From Mobula hypostoma (taxonomy: Eukaryota), in NCBI RefSeq assembly GCF_963921235.1, contig NC_086118.1:23066001-23130000 (forward strand): a stretch of 64,000 bases of DNA, in the 5' to 3' direction. Under the pieces are notes generated by a model, which saw only the letters and a program-made list of their open reading frames with translations, ran no database searches and was not told the DNA's origin. This document shows, one piece after another, positions 36,305 to 48,199 of the stretch; positions within the stretch are counted from its first letter, which is position 1; each line of letters begins with the position of its first letter. The position numbers and the translations under genes are program-made.

Positions 36305-37133
36305 CACAGGAAAGAAACTGGGGCAGAGTTAATATGGCGCCAAACAGCCACTCCTTTGCTTGCATCTTTAGAAACAGCTTTGATATCTCTTTTTTTCCTT
36401 CACAGAGTGTGGGGGTTTCTTTTGAAGACCCTGGCCTGGGGTTACACTCTGAATTTGATATTTTGCGGGAAAAGCACCCACTCTTAGGACCTCATGACCG
36501 GCCACTTTTTGATATCCCATGGACACGGCCTTCGCAGTTCCGGGATCTCGTGGCTCTGGGGACATGCTGATTGAAGGCTGGTGTCCCTGACTGAAGCATC
36601 ATGGGAAAACACAGAACATTTGGAGCAGTGGTTAGCTGCCGGGGGTTGTGTGCTCGGAGAGCTGCGCCTTTTTGGTGCTGACTCTGCGGGCACAGAGCTC
36701 AGAAAAAGAGACACAACAGACCTTTAACATCGTAGAATAGCGAGTTGTTTGTTATGTCTTCCCTCTCGCTGTGAAATGGGGACATCTCTTTTTCCCTTGT
36801 TAGGGAGAGAGAGAGAGCCTGTGGTATGTTGAATTACCGGGTGAACATGTAGTTACTGCAGGTCTGTGTCTTTATTGATGCTTTGCTGCACGCTTGAGTG
36901 CTCGGCTGAGGGTGCTGATGATTTTTTGCTGATGGGGCTGGGAGGATGGTTGTTGTCCTGCTGCTGTTTGTGCATGGGAGGGGGAGTTGGGGGGGGGCTT
37001 TGGGGTTCTAACATTTTAACTATCATTTATTCTTTGGGGCACTCCTCTGTTTTCGTGGATATCTGTGAAGAAAAAAATTTCAAGATGTATGTTGTATACA
37101 TTTCTCTGACATTAAATGCACCTATTGAAACCT
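36305..37133 (+). mobile_element. Non-coding interspersed element between the two tRNA genes
   Basis: GC-richer block starting near ATATGGCGCCAAACAGCCACTCC and ending in a LINE-type tail (ATTAAATGCACCTATTGAAAC). Confidence 0.5.
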
Positions 37134-37415
37134 AAAGTTTGGAAATTACCTTTCAAACAAGTTTTAGTCCTATGGTTTTAATTTAGTAATGCCTTGAGAT
37201 TATTTCTATGTTCGGCAGCACCATTGCCTCACATCTCATTGAGATGAGAGGAAACTCAAAATGGTGCCAATAAGTAGCAACACTTTGTTTGCAACTCTGA
37301 CGGCAATCATCAAATATTCCCATGTAGAACCCCCCACTCCTGACTGTACTGCTGCCAGATGTACAGTCTCTGTAAAATAGAACTGAACTCAGAGCAATAC
37401 GTGGTTTATAGTAGT

Positions 37416-37487
37416 GGTTCCATGGTGTAACGGTTAGCACTCTGGACTTTGAATCCAGCGATCCGAGTTCAAATCTCGGTGGAACCT
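37416..37487 (+). tRNA. tRNA-Gln(TTG)
   Basis: 72-nt GGTTCCATGGTGTAACGGTTAGCACTCTGGAC-TTTGAAT-CCAGCGATCCGAGTTCAAATCTCGGTGGAACCT with intact cloverleaf and A/B boxes. Only a short T run follows. Confidence 0.93.
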
Positions 37488-37590
37488 TTACAGAACAGAC
37501 TCGATGGGTCAAATTACTTTAGATCCCGACCCCCCCCCCGACTATCCTGCTACTGACTGTACAGTTGCTGTAAAATAAACTTAAACTCAG

Positions 37591-40254
37591 AGCAAGATTG
37601 CAGTACCAGAGGGACATCAGAGACTGCTGTGTATTTTGATTCGCAGAAAGATGTCTCACCTCCGCCATTTCAGATGGAGCGCTGCATCATGGCTTCAGCA
37701 TTCTCTGAAAGACAGGATAACAGTCCTTTAGAGGGTGGAGTATGCGTTATGATTAACTCATCTTGGTGCACAGACATGACGGTTCTGTCTCAATCTGTCA
37801 CCTTGATGGCTCTACATAAATTATAATGGCACCTCTTGAGTTCCTGTTGGTCTCCAGAGGCAAAGGCTTAATCTCTCGCACTGAACTATTTATCCAAGGC
37901 TTCTGGTTTGGATAGAGCCAGACTGATTTTTGGGGAACAATGTCTTCAATGCAATTCCAAATGAAGCTTGTGACCACCTCCGTGTATTTGGAGATGTTCT
38001 CGGCTTGAAATATCTACCAGGTGACGCTATCAAAACAGTCTTGTAACATTGAGTCTGATTGGTTGGACCATCAGTGGATAGTTTTCACTATGGCCGCTTC
38101 CTGCTTCAATTTCTGCCTGTAGTTAGGCAACAACAAGATGGAGGAAAGGTCGGACTTTCCAACCGGAGGCAGAGGAGTGCTTTGTGGAAGGGAGAGTGGC
38201 AGTGGTCGAGTATGCTTTCTCCCCATGTGCTCACTTCGATGAGTTGGCAGAACTTCAGGTAAGATCTAGTCAGTGACGCTTGGTTAAAGTCTCCAGCGAT
38301 GATGAAAGCGGCCTCTGGGTGTGTGGTTTCATGGATATTGGTGGTTTTGCAAAGTTATTTGAGAGCCAGGTTGGTATCAGCCTGTGGTGAGATGTACACA
38401 GCTGTAATAATAACAGACGTGAATTCTCCAGGCAGCCTGGAAGGTCAACATAGCAGCATAAGGCACTCCAGATCCAGGGAGCAAAAGGATTTGAAGGTAA
38501 AACGGCAACATAGGTTCAATATCCAGTCACGACTCTGTGACAATGACACACGCAGTGTATGGAAAGGACTCACACCGTCACGGACTTCAAGAGGAAACGC
38601 AGCAGTACAGCCAACATCGTCGCCTCACTCCCGGACGAGCAAGATGTGTTTTACGCTCGAATAGAGGTTGCTAGTACTGACCCTCGAGGAGGGCCGATGA
38701 CGATACCTGCACGTTGGTCATCTCTTGGCCTGAGGTGCGCAGAACATTCCAACGTGTCAACAGCCACAGGGTAGCGGGGCCGGACGGCATCCCAGGCCGC
38801 GTCCTTAAATTGTGTGCTGAGCAGCTGACTGGTGTGTTTATGGACATATTTAATCTCTCCCTCTCCCAGTGTGTAGTACCCTCCTGTTTCAAATCGTCCA
38901 TCATTGTACCTACGAAAATCAAGATAGCATGCCTGAACGATTGGCGCCCTGTCACACTCACCTCAATTATAAGCAAATGCTTTGAGAGGTTGATTAAAGA
39001 CTACATCTGCAGCATACTACCACTCACACTGGACCCCCCACAATCGCCTACTGACAGGACTGGTCTTCCGATGATGACATAGCACTACACCCCATCCTCA
39101 CTCACCTGGAGAAGAGGGATACATATGTTAGAATGCAGTTCCTGGACTACAGTTCAGCATTCAACACTGTAATTCCCTCCAGACTTGACAGGAACCTTAG
39201 AGACCTCAGCCTGCACCCCAACTTGTGCAGCTGGATCGCCGGCAGGTGGTAAGGACGGGCTCCCTCACCTCTGACCCTCAACACAAGTGCCCCATGGTTG
39301 TGTGGATTATAGGAGGAATGGAGACAGGCTCGGCCCAATCAACATCAACGCGTCTGCAGTTGAGAGGGTGAGTAGTTTCAAGTTCCTCGGTATACACATC
39401 ACCGAACATCGCACCTGGACTGTACACGCTGGCTTTGTGGCAAAAAAAAAGCACAGCAGCATCTCTTCCACCTCAGGTGCCTGAAGAAGTTTGGCATGGG
39501 CCCCTAAATCCTCAAGACCTTCTACTGGGGCACCATTAAGAGCATACTGACTGGCTATATCACCGCCAGGTACAGGAACTGCACCAACCTTGATCACTGG
39601 GCACTGCAGAGAGTGATACGGACAGCCCAGCACATCTGTGGATATCAACTTCACTCCACTGAGGACATTTATAGAAGCAGGTGCAGAAAGAAAGCCTGAA
39701 AGGTCATCAGGGACACCAGTCACCCCAACCATAAACTGTTTTAGCTGCTGCTGACTGGCAAACGCTACAGCAACAGTAAAGCCAGGGCCAACGGAATACT
39801 GGATAGCTTCTTTCTGCAAGCCATGAGAGTTTTAAATTCACAAGTCTGTACATTGCAACAGAGTCATACCGCAGTGATTTTTACTCCCTCACATTGTAGG
39901 ATGGATGTAAGATATAAATAAATTTTAATTCTGATTCTAATTCAATCCTGCTCACCCGACCTGGAACATCCAGCAGTCAAGTGTTGGGAATTTCATCCAG
40001 GCCAACTTGAAAAGTCTCTGAACAGCTCCCACCAACATATCACTTATGGAACCAGAGGAGCCAACACACTGTGACTGGAACACAGTTATACCACCATTAA
40101 GAACACTTGCTATGCCATTCCATGCTCACACTTCGGATTGTCCAATCACCTGGCCGTATTTCTATTCCCAAAGTATAGGCAGAGACTAAAGACCACAGGA
40201 CCAGTGGTGAGGAACAATTCTGCTTTGAATCAGTAGACTGGGCAATATTCAGAA
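37591..40254 (+). mobile_element. Host Rex1 LINE endonuclease fragment (37591-37795 and 39948-40254)
   Basis: Reads (A)RLQYQRDIRDCCV...GGVCVMINSSWCTD.TVLSQS and continues CSPDLE after the nested insertion. Confidence 0.75.
37796..39941 (+). mobile_element. 5'-inverted Rex1/Babar LINE nested in another Rex1
   Basis: 37796 to about 38495 is antisense EN/linker. About 38496-39941 is sense RT (AGPDGIPGRVLKLCAEQL...NDWRPVTLTS...DYSSAFNT) through to the tail. TSD TCAATC at 37790-37795 and 39942-39947. Confidence 0.85.
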
Positions 40255-40945
40255 CCAGAATCAGTATCAAAATCAGGTTTAATATCATCGGTATATGTTG
40301 TGAAATTTGTTAACTTTATGGCAATAGTACAATGAAATCCATGATAAATGAATATAGTGAGAAAAAAACTGAATTACATTAAGAATATATGTCTATAAAA
40401 TAGTTCAGTTAAAGTAAGTAGTGCAAAAAAATAATATCGTAGTGATGATGTAGTGTTCATGGGGTCAGTGTCCATTTAGAAATCAGATGGCAGAGGAAAA
40501 GAAGCAGTTCCTGAATCACTGAGTGTGAGCCTTCAGGCTTCTGTGCCTCCTTCCTGATGGTAACAATGAGAAGAGGGCATGTCCTAGGTGGTGGAGAACC
40601 TTAATAATGGACGCTGCCTTCCTAAGGCACTGCTCCTTGAAGATGTCTTGGATACCATGGAGGCTAGTACCAATGATGGAGCTGACTACTTTTACAAGTT
40701 TCTGCAACTTACTTTGATCTTGCGCAGTAACCCTCGCACCTACACCAGTGAATGACGCAGCCAGTCAGAATGCTCTCCACAGTAATTTGTAGAAGTTTTT
40801 TGAGTGCTTTAGTTGACAGACCAAATGTTAGTAAAACCAAAGAGCTGATTGTGGACTTCAGAAAGGGTAAGACGAGGGAGGACAAACCAGTCCTTACAGA
40901 GGGATCAGAAGTGGAAAGAGCGAGCAATTTCATGTCCTGGATATC
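40255..40945 (-). mobile_element. Rex1 LINE 3' end with inverted 5' segment
   Basis: Tail at 40255 and minus-strand C-terminus up to about 40825, then a plus-strand segment NVSKTKELIVDFRKGK...VERASNF at 40826-40945. Confidence 0.75.
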
Positions 40946-40954
40946 AATAATTGG

Positions 40955-41170
40955 AGCAACCAACCTATTTAACCCTAGCCTAATCACAGAACAATTTTCA
41001 ATGACCAATTAGCCTACTCATTGGTACATCTTTGGAATGTAGGAAGAAACCAGAGCACTCAAGGAAACTCATATGAGGAGAAATGTACAAACTCCTTACA
41101 CAGGACGCCAGAATTGAATTCCAAACCCCAACGTCCTGAGCTGTAATAGCATTGTGCTAACCGCAACAAT
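40955..41170 (-). mobile_element. HE1/V-SINE-like SINE
   Basis: V-domain reverse complement GGAAGAAACCAGAGCACTCAAGGAAAC. Confidence 0.75.
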
Positions 41171-42074
41171 GTGCCTATGGGCACATTGGAGCAAGTTACT
41201 GAATGAAGCTTATTCTTGTTTCCTTCAAATCCACTTTTGAAGTTTCTACAAATTTGGCTAATTTGCGCTGAGTGTCTGAATCCTGCTTATCTACTCAATA
41301 TAAATAGGAAGTAATTGTTCTAAACAGAACTCATATGTTAGACCACTCACTACTTCCCTTGCTCTGTCCCAGCATTTTTGTTCTGATGGGAAGCAATTGG
41401 GCAAAACCACAAAATGTCAGGCATAATATCAGACAACACTCCTTTTATAAGCACAGATAGTTCTGGAATCTTAAACTTCCTATAAAAAGCTGTTGAGGTT
41501 AGATCAATCGAAAGTGCTAAGAGTTACATTGTTAGATCTTTGTTAAGCAAATGTATCATGGGTTACTGAAAGAAGAAGTGAGATGGGGTTGAATTGCATA
41601 CCAGTCCTGTTTTAACTATGAGGAACATGTTTTATAGGCTTAATTGTATACTACTATTTCTATCATCTGCTTGCTGGTTTCTGTTCATTACTGAGTTTGT
41701 GTGGAATGCCTATAGTTTTGAGTTTAGTTAATAACCTTTGTGTGTAATTTTCTTAAAATCGCCTGAAAATTGTAGTGAAACACATTTAGCTTTTAAATTC
41801 CCTAAGTGTGGTGATTCAGGCTTTGATACATTTGTTTGAAATTAGATTTAGGAAAGAATTCTGGTTTTTGAACCAGCTTAACAGGCTGAATTTCTGTCAA
41901 GTTAACATAAAAAAATGAAATCTTGCAAAGTGCCTTTAGAATATCTAGAGGAGCCTTCAGCAAGAATACACAATTTAAGGCAATTCATACTGAGAGCTGA
42001 TGAAAAGCTCGGACGTGTTACTTCCCCCCTGTTACTGTAATATTAGTGTTCCTCAAAATTTGAATAGAAATCAA

Positions 42075-42860
42075 TAAAGTTCAATATTCAAAGTACATCA
42101 AAGTATGTACACATTAAAGTATGAATGCTTATCAAAGTACGTATACATTATACAACCCTGAGATTCATCTCCTTACAGGCAACACAAAACAAAGGAACCC
42201 AAAAGGAGCCATAAAAAAAGACCGTCAAACACCCAATGTGTAGAGAAAAAAAACCCACAAATGTTGCAAACAATAAAAGTAAGCAAATAATCTAAGTGAA
42301 TCCACAGACACGAAGCCTAGAGCAGGCCTCAGCCACAGTCTCAGTTCAGCGCAGAGCCGAGTAAACGTTGCAGAGGTGGACCAGCACGCACGTCTCGTCC
42401 CGACACCCTGCCTTTTCAATCCCTCTGACCCGGTGTTTAGATCATCCAAATATTGGGTCATCCTTTGTCATAGGACCCGGATGCTGCTGCTTTGATACGC
42501 TCTGGGGCTAAACCCTGCTGCCACGTTTCAGCCCGTACCTGACCTTTCCAAATCAGCCTGGCACTTAGATCAATCAAACATCATTCTCGGTTTAGGCGGA
42601 CGGGCCTCGAACCTGCCTCTCCTCCGCTCCGCTCACCCCAACTTTGCCTCAAGTATGCCCTGACTTCACTTCACCTTCACCTTGCACCAGCACGTTTTGA
42701 TCCTAGACTCGGTCCCTCACCTTCACTCAGCTGTCCTTTATTTGTGGTGATTGTCTGCCATAAGTTCTAACAGAAAAAATGTCATTAATGAAGTATTTAG
42801 TCATATTCTTTGTTTTGTTTGCCACCAGTAAGTAGTTATGGACTTCAGCAGTGCCACCTA
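42075..42860 (-). mobile_element. Non-coding LINE-dependent element
   Basis: AAAGTTCAA-type tail at the left end. Homologous to 59625-59955. Confidence 0.55.
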
Positions 42861-43309
42861 AAATGGATGGAAGCAAATCTCCATCATTGGGACTTTTAGC
42901 AGTTAGTAGGTATCCATGTGGCTGTGTCTAGTACACTTTGGTTGATCCTTTCAATGACCTTGTTTTTTGGACAGAAGTAAACTAGCAATTGTATTTTTGT
43001 CTGTGAATCTTTATACTGTATACTTTATTGCCGCCAAACAATTGGGACTAGAACGTACAATCATCACAGCGATATTTGATTCTGTGCTTCACACTCCCTG
43101 GATTACAAATATTAAATATTAAAAATATTTAAAATAGTTAACTTAGTAAATATTAAAAATTTAAATTATAAATCATAAATAGATAATAGAAAAATGGGGA
43201 GTAAGTAAGTAATCTATAACACATTCTACAAATTATATGTGCTACACTCTCCATGGCTTTACTCTAACTTCTGATTTATGATCATCTCTGACTCTTCCTA
43301 CTGAAGATT

Positions 43310-43660
43310 ATTTGAGGCATAGATAGAATAGAGAGACAATATTTTTCCCCCCGGGGTGAAATGCCCAGTACCAGAGGCCATACATTTAAGGTGAGAGAAA
43401 GTAACTTCAAAGGAGAAGTGAGGGGCAAGTTTTTTTTTACACAGAGAGTGGTGGATGGCTGGAATGCGCTGCCTGGGTGGTGGGAGAGGCAGAAATATTG
43501 GGGACTTAGGAAATGTTTAGATAGACACAAGAATGTGAGGGAATTGGAAGGATATGGACATTGTGAAGGCAGAAGATAGTAGTTTAGTTAGCCACTTAAT
43601 TAGTTTGGCACAACATTGTGGGTCAAAGAACCTGTTTCTGTTCTATACTGTTCTATGCTC
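43310..43660 (+). mobile_element. CR1 LINE 3' fragment
   Basis: ORF 43361-43579 TRGHTFKVR...FFTQRVVDGWNALP. Confidence 0.85.
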
Positions 43661-43841
43661 TCACTCTCCATAGTGTGTTTATCACACAGTTTCCTATTGT
43701 TTCTGTATCTTTGATGTTGTTTTTGTGTCAATCGAATTCAATTTCTATACACCCCGCTTATTTTCTCAAAAAGCCACAATAGAGGAATTCACCCTTTTCT
43801 TGGTGCACTGAACTTCTGCTACATATAGCAGTTATACTCAC

Positions 43842-43990
43842 GCCCATGTCCACAAAAAACTTGCGGGTAATAAAAGTAGCACTCTACCGACCCGGGTAGT
43901 TCCTGTCACAGCCTCGATACAGAGCTGGGAGTTGCCACATCATTATATACTGGGATGCGAGCTCGTGCTCAAAAAACCTTTATTTGGTGG
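43842..43990 (-). promoter_or_regulatory. Candidate TATA promoter and first exon (ATG GGC then splice donor)
   Basis: On the minus strand: CArG-like CCAAATAAAGG (43977-43987), TATATAA (43943-43949), an ATG-free leader, Kozak GACATGG (ATG at 43847-43845) and donor GTGAGT (43841-43836). Locally CpG-enriched unique DNA. Confidence 0.4.
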
Positions 43991-44944
43991 CAGGATAGGT
44001 TGTAAAATGGAAACTGCCGGGGAGGGAGGTAGCAGCACATTATGATATGTCTGAGTCCAGTCTTCGTGAATCAATGAACTGACTAGATCAACTCTCATGT
44101 TGTGAATGGCTCTGAGCTACTGTAATCTGCAGACCGATCAATGGTCCAATGGAATAAAAAAGACTGCATTCACCGAAATGATTTTTTAAAATTCTTGATT
44201 ATTGAAAACTCAGGCTAGGATATTCCATGCGCAAGGTGTTGTTGTGACAGTGCAGAGTCCTGAAAGCCCGTACAATGCACTCCTTTTTTAGTGAATTAAT
44301 AAAGGTCATAGGTTTGCCCCAAAAGCTCCAATTTCTGCCAGCTGTGGAGGAAATGTGCTGTGTGACCTTGACATCATTAACAGTGGAACCGACTCTAGCA
44401 AACGCTAAGCTGAATCTAGAAATGCACAGACTGATTTCCTAATATTTGCTCATTGGTCCAGAAATTATTGCTTGCATGATTTTGAGTGCAGAATGGTTTT
44501 GAGCATAACAATGTGTGCAAATGGATTCAATTTCTAGGCGAATACTTTTTTATTGGAAGTCTGTCTGATGCGAATTTTTGTCCAATCAACCCCAACTTTA
44601 ACTTACAAATTGCAGAGTAGCATTGTTGTAACATACTGTATGTTAATTGAATTTAGATGAACTGGTGCAAGGTTCATATCTAAGTCAATCAAAATGTAAA
44701 TCTGCAAAGTTCCCTTTTATTCATGAATATTCTACTCATAATTAAAAGTAAGATAGAGATAATGTTCTATTATAAATTGTCTCCTTTTTCATTCTGGCTT
44801 GTATTTTGTACCTAGTCATATTATTTCAATTTAAATTTCTATTCTAAATGAACTTTGCAATTTAATTTTTTTTTGCTAGGATCGGTCTCCTGCTCATTCT
44901 TTGTAATACTGGAAATGAGTTAGTGGAGAGCTAATCTTTTTCAT

Positions 44945-45200
44945 TTTTTATTTTATTGAGATACAGCGTGGAATAGGCCCTTCTGGCTCTTCAAACCATG
45001 CTTCCCACCAGTCCCCAATTTAATCCTAGCCTAATCACGGGACAAATTACAATGACCAATCAACCTACCAACTGGTACGTCTTTGGACTGTGGGAGGAAA
45101 CCGGAGCACCCGGAGGAAACCCACGTGGTCATAGGAGAACGTACAAACTCCTTACAGGCAGAGGCGGGAATTGAACACGGTACACCTGTACTGGAATTGC
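44945..45200 (-). mobile_element. HE1/V-SINE-like SINE
   Basis: Well-preserved V-domain reverse complement TCTTTGGACTGTGGGAGGAAACCGGAGCACCCGGAGGAAACCCAC. Confidence 0.9.
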
Positions 45201-46876
45201 ATAGAAGTGATCAAGTTGGAGCAAAATAATAAGGAAGTAGAAGATGCAGTGATCTCAGGTGCAGACGCAGAAGAGCCAGGTGATCTCATCTATATTGATC
45301 ATTTCTATCTGAGAGATGAAATGGTGCTAATGGTAACCGAGAAATATGGATAATGAAGGATAGGGGTTTAGTGAGGTGAATAGGGCCATGGATTGATTTT
45401 CCTCTCCTGTAAACAGTCCTGATATAATAGAAGGATTCAGCTGAGAATAGTCATCCATGGAGCAGGTCAACTGTTAGTCATTTATACATAGCTAACTTTT
45501 AGTATCATAAAATGCTCACTAAGTCTCATGACAGAAATGAGAGGAAATATAAAAGCAAGAAGGACTGGGCACTGAGTGACCTCAGAGAATTCAGGGAAGA
45601 TGTTCAAGAGGTTGCTTTAAAAGTTGTTTTTTGATAAGGTTTTTGGAAGTGGAGTGCTACGAGCCAGGTGTGCCCAAGCGTGTTGCAGCAGACCAAAGGG
45701 TCAAGATGTGATTTGCAGTGGAGAAACAGCAGGGGTGGAATACTGAGGGTGATTTGTTGAAATCTAAGGGAAAGGTGAGAAAGATGTTCAGCAGGCCAGC
45801 AGCAGCGGAGGTGTCAGTGGAGCAGGACCAGAAAGCAAAAAAAATCCCCACAGGAAATACACCCTGAAGAAGAATAAAATAAAGGATCTATATTGATAAA
45901 AATATTTGCTTCAGGGATAGATGCTACATTAGTAAGATTATTAATGTGTGTGATTATTAAGCATTTCTGTTTTTGTAATACAAATGCTGTCATGAAAAGA
46001 TAAAATGACTTGGGGCAGATTAGAACTTTAGTCACATGAAATAGAATGATAGAGCACATCTGATGCACTGCACCAAATAAGCCTCCACTATTTTTCATTT
46101 TTAACTGTAGAATCTATATTACACATCCATTTCTTCTATTTAATCATACATATAAACTTATCTTGCCACAGTCCATTTGCTGAAAGCAGAACCTGGTTCA
46201 AATTATTCTATACATTTTTCTTTTGTGTTGTTCTTGCCTCAGGCTTTTTTTGTAGGTCAGGCTTTCCTGATGGCTATTGTAGCCCTGGCATAAATAATGT
46301 ACAGCTTACCATTCACGTTGAATCCATCTTTCCTTCAAAAACATCAATAAGCCAAAACAAATCTGCAATACAGTTATTAAACTTATTTGTCTAATTACAT
46401 GCTCAAGTTACAATTGTTACATATAGCTTGAAACTGAGGCATCCCAAACCACAGATCTTTGTTCTCCTCTGTGTGAAGTCCTTTTTTCAGCTGCTATAAT
46501 TTTAAAGTTAAGTGGTTGAAGCAAGCCATCTGGAATATTAACCATAACAGCAATTAAAAATTGCTAAGCTTTTAAGACCATTGGAAACTTTGACCCTTCT
46601 TTATAATTAACCTGGACAAACTCATCAAAAGCACAACTAATCAAAGATACAAACCAAAAGAGGAGCATCTTATTCATGCTTTATTAACCGCACTTTGTTT
46701 CAAATACTGCATTATGCTACTCATAAACCTGGTATTCTTCAACTTAAAGCAATCATTTTCTTTGTGTTACATAACTTCCTGGATGGTTATAAGAGCCTTT
46801 CGAAAGGAGGGATGTTGATGCAATGATTATACTGGTTAAAAATACACACATTTTAATTGGGTGCCAGATGGTTTTG

Positions 46877-47092
46877 CCTGAACTTATGGACCCAGCTGTA
46901 CCACTGAATACAGACTTTCAAGAGCATCACTGATTACTGAATGACTCTCAAGGAGCTGCCAGAGGAACAAGGCTGTGGTCTAAACAATACAGCATGCAGA
47001 GGAAATTAACTGAGATATTTAGCTATTCAATAATTAAACATTGGGGTGTCTATAAGAATTCAAATAGTAAATGTCAACCCAATACATGGACA
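46877..47092 (+). repeat. Dispersed direct repeat, copy 1 (about 216 bp)
   Basis: CCTGAACTTATGGACCCAGCTGTACCACTGAA...CATGGACA recurs at 49089-49306. Confidence 0.9.
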
Positions 47093-48199
47093 AGTCACAA
47101 ATATTTACTGTATAGTTTCTTGGGTTGCTTGATCATTAAGTAATTAAAAGAAACTTGAATTAACCTTAAGGGTTTTTCTCTCCTGTATGTGAAAATTGGG
47201 ACACAAAATCTGTGAAATGAACCTTTCAAGCTTAATTCTCAGTTTTTTTTTCAATTCAATGTTTATATTTATTCACTGGGCATTAGACGTGAAATTCTTT
47301 TCAATGTTCCAGTTTTATCTCTCTCATTTACACTCTTATTTTAATGATTGCAAAGTGTCTGAACTGGTTATAGATAGTAGCTACTAATAGTTCTATTACA
47401 CCAGATCAGATGTCAGTAGCCACACTAATAACCCTTGATGGTTACTGGATGTTCTTCATCGGTAGCCCCCCTCCCAATTTTCACTGTTACTCTGCAGTGA
47501 AATGAAGTACGCAAGACCAGTCTGAATCAAAAATCAAAAAGGCTTCATATCAAATCAATTGATCTGATTGCAGGGGCTTGCTGTCTGTTGCAATCTTTAC
47601 AGATGGGTCAATAGAAATTAATTAGAATTATTTAATGGCGTACATTGCTTATGGGAAAGAAGAACCTGGAGTATGATCTGGAAAGACCAAAGAAAGCACA
47701 GAAAATTTATATCCTGGTAGTATTTAAACTGTTCCATCTGTTTCCATTATTTGGAAGTAATGCAGCGTGAAATGTTTGTTGAGAAGGTAACATGCTTCAA
47801 TGCTGACACTGTAATATAATGCAGCTTGGGCTATGTGTTAGTTGGCATGAAGTAAGTTGATGTGCAATAACTACCCTTGTTTTAAGGAGAAACACGCAGG
47901 AGAAACTTGAAAAAATTTGTCAGCAAAGTTAAAAAGGAAAAATTAAAAAGAAGGAATGATGGCTGAGAACTTCGGATAAATAACTATTGTTCTTTATTTG
48001 TAGCAGTAGGCATTTAGAAATAATTCACTTCCTCTGCCTCTGCCTCTGCCCCTTCCAGAATAAAACAAATCTGTGACCACTTCCAAGATGAATGGTACCA
48101 CTGCAGAAACCGGGCATCTCTGATCTCAAATTAGCCTAGTACATCTATCATAGGGATGGGAGGAATCAACAGCTTGGAAAAACATAGCTAAAAAAGTAA

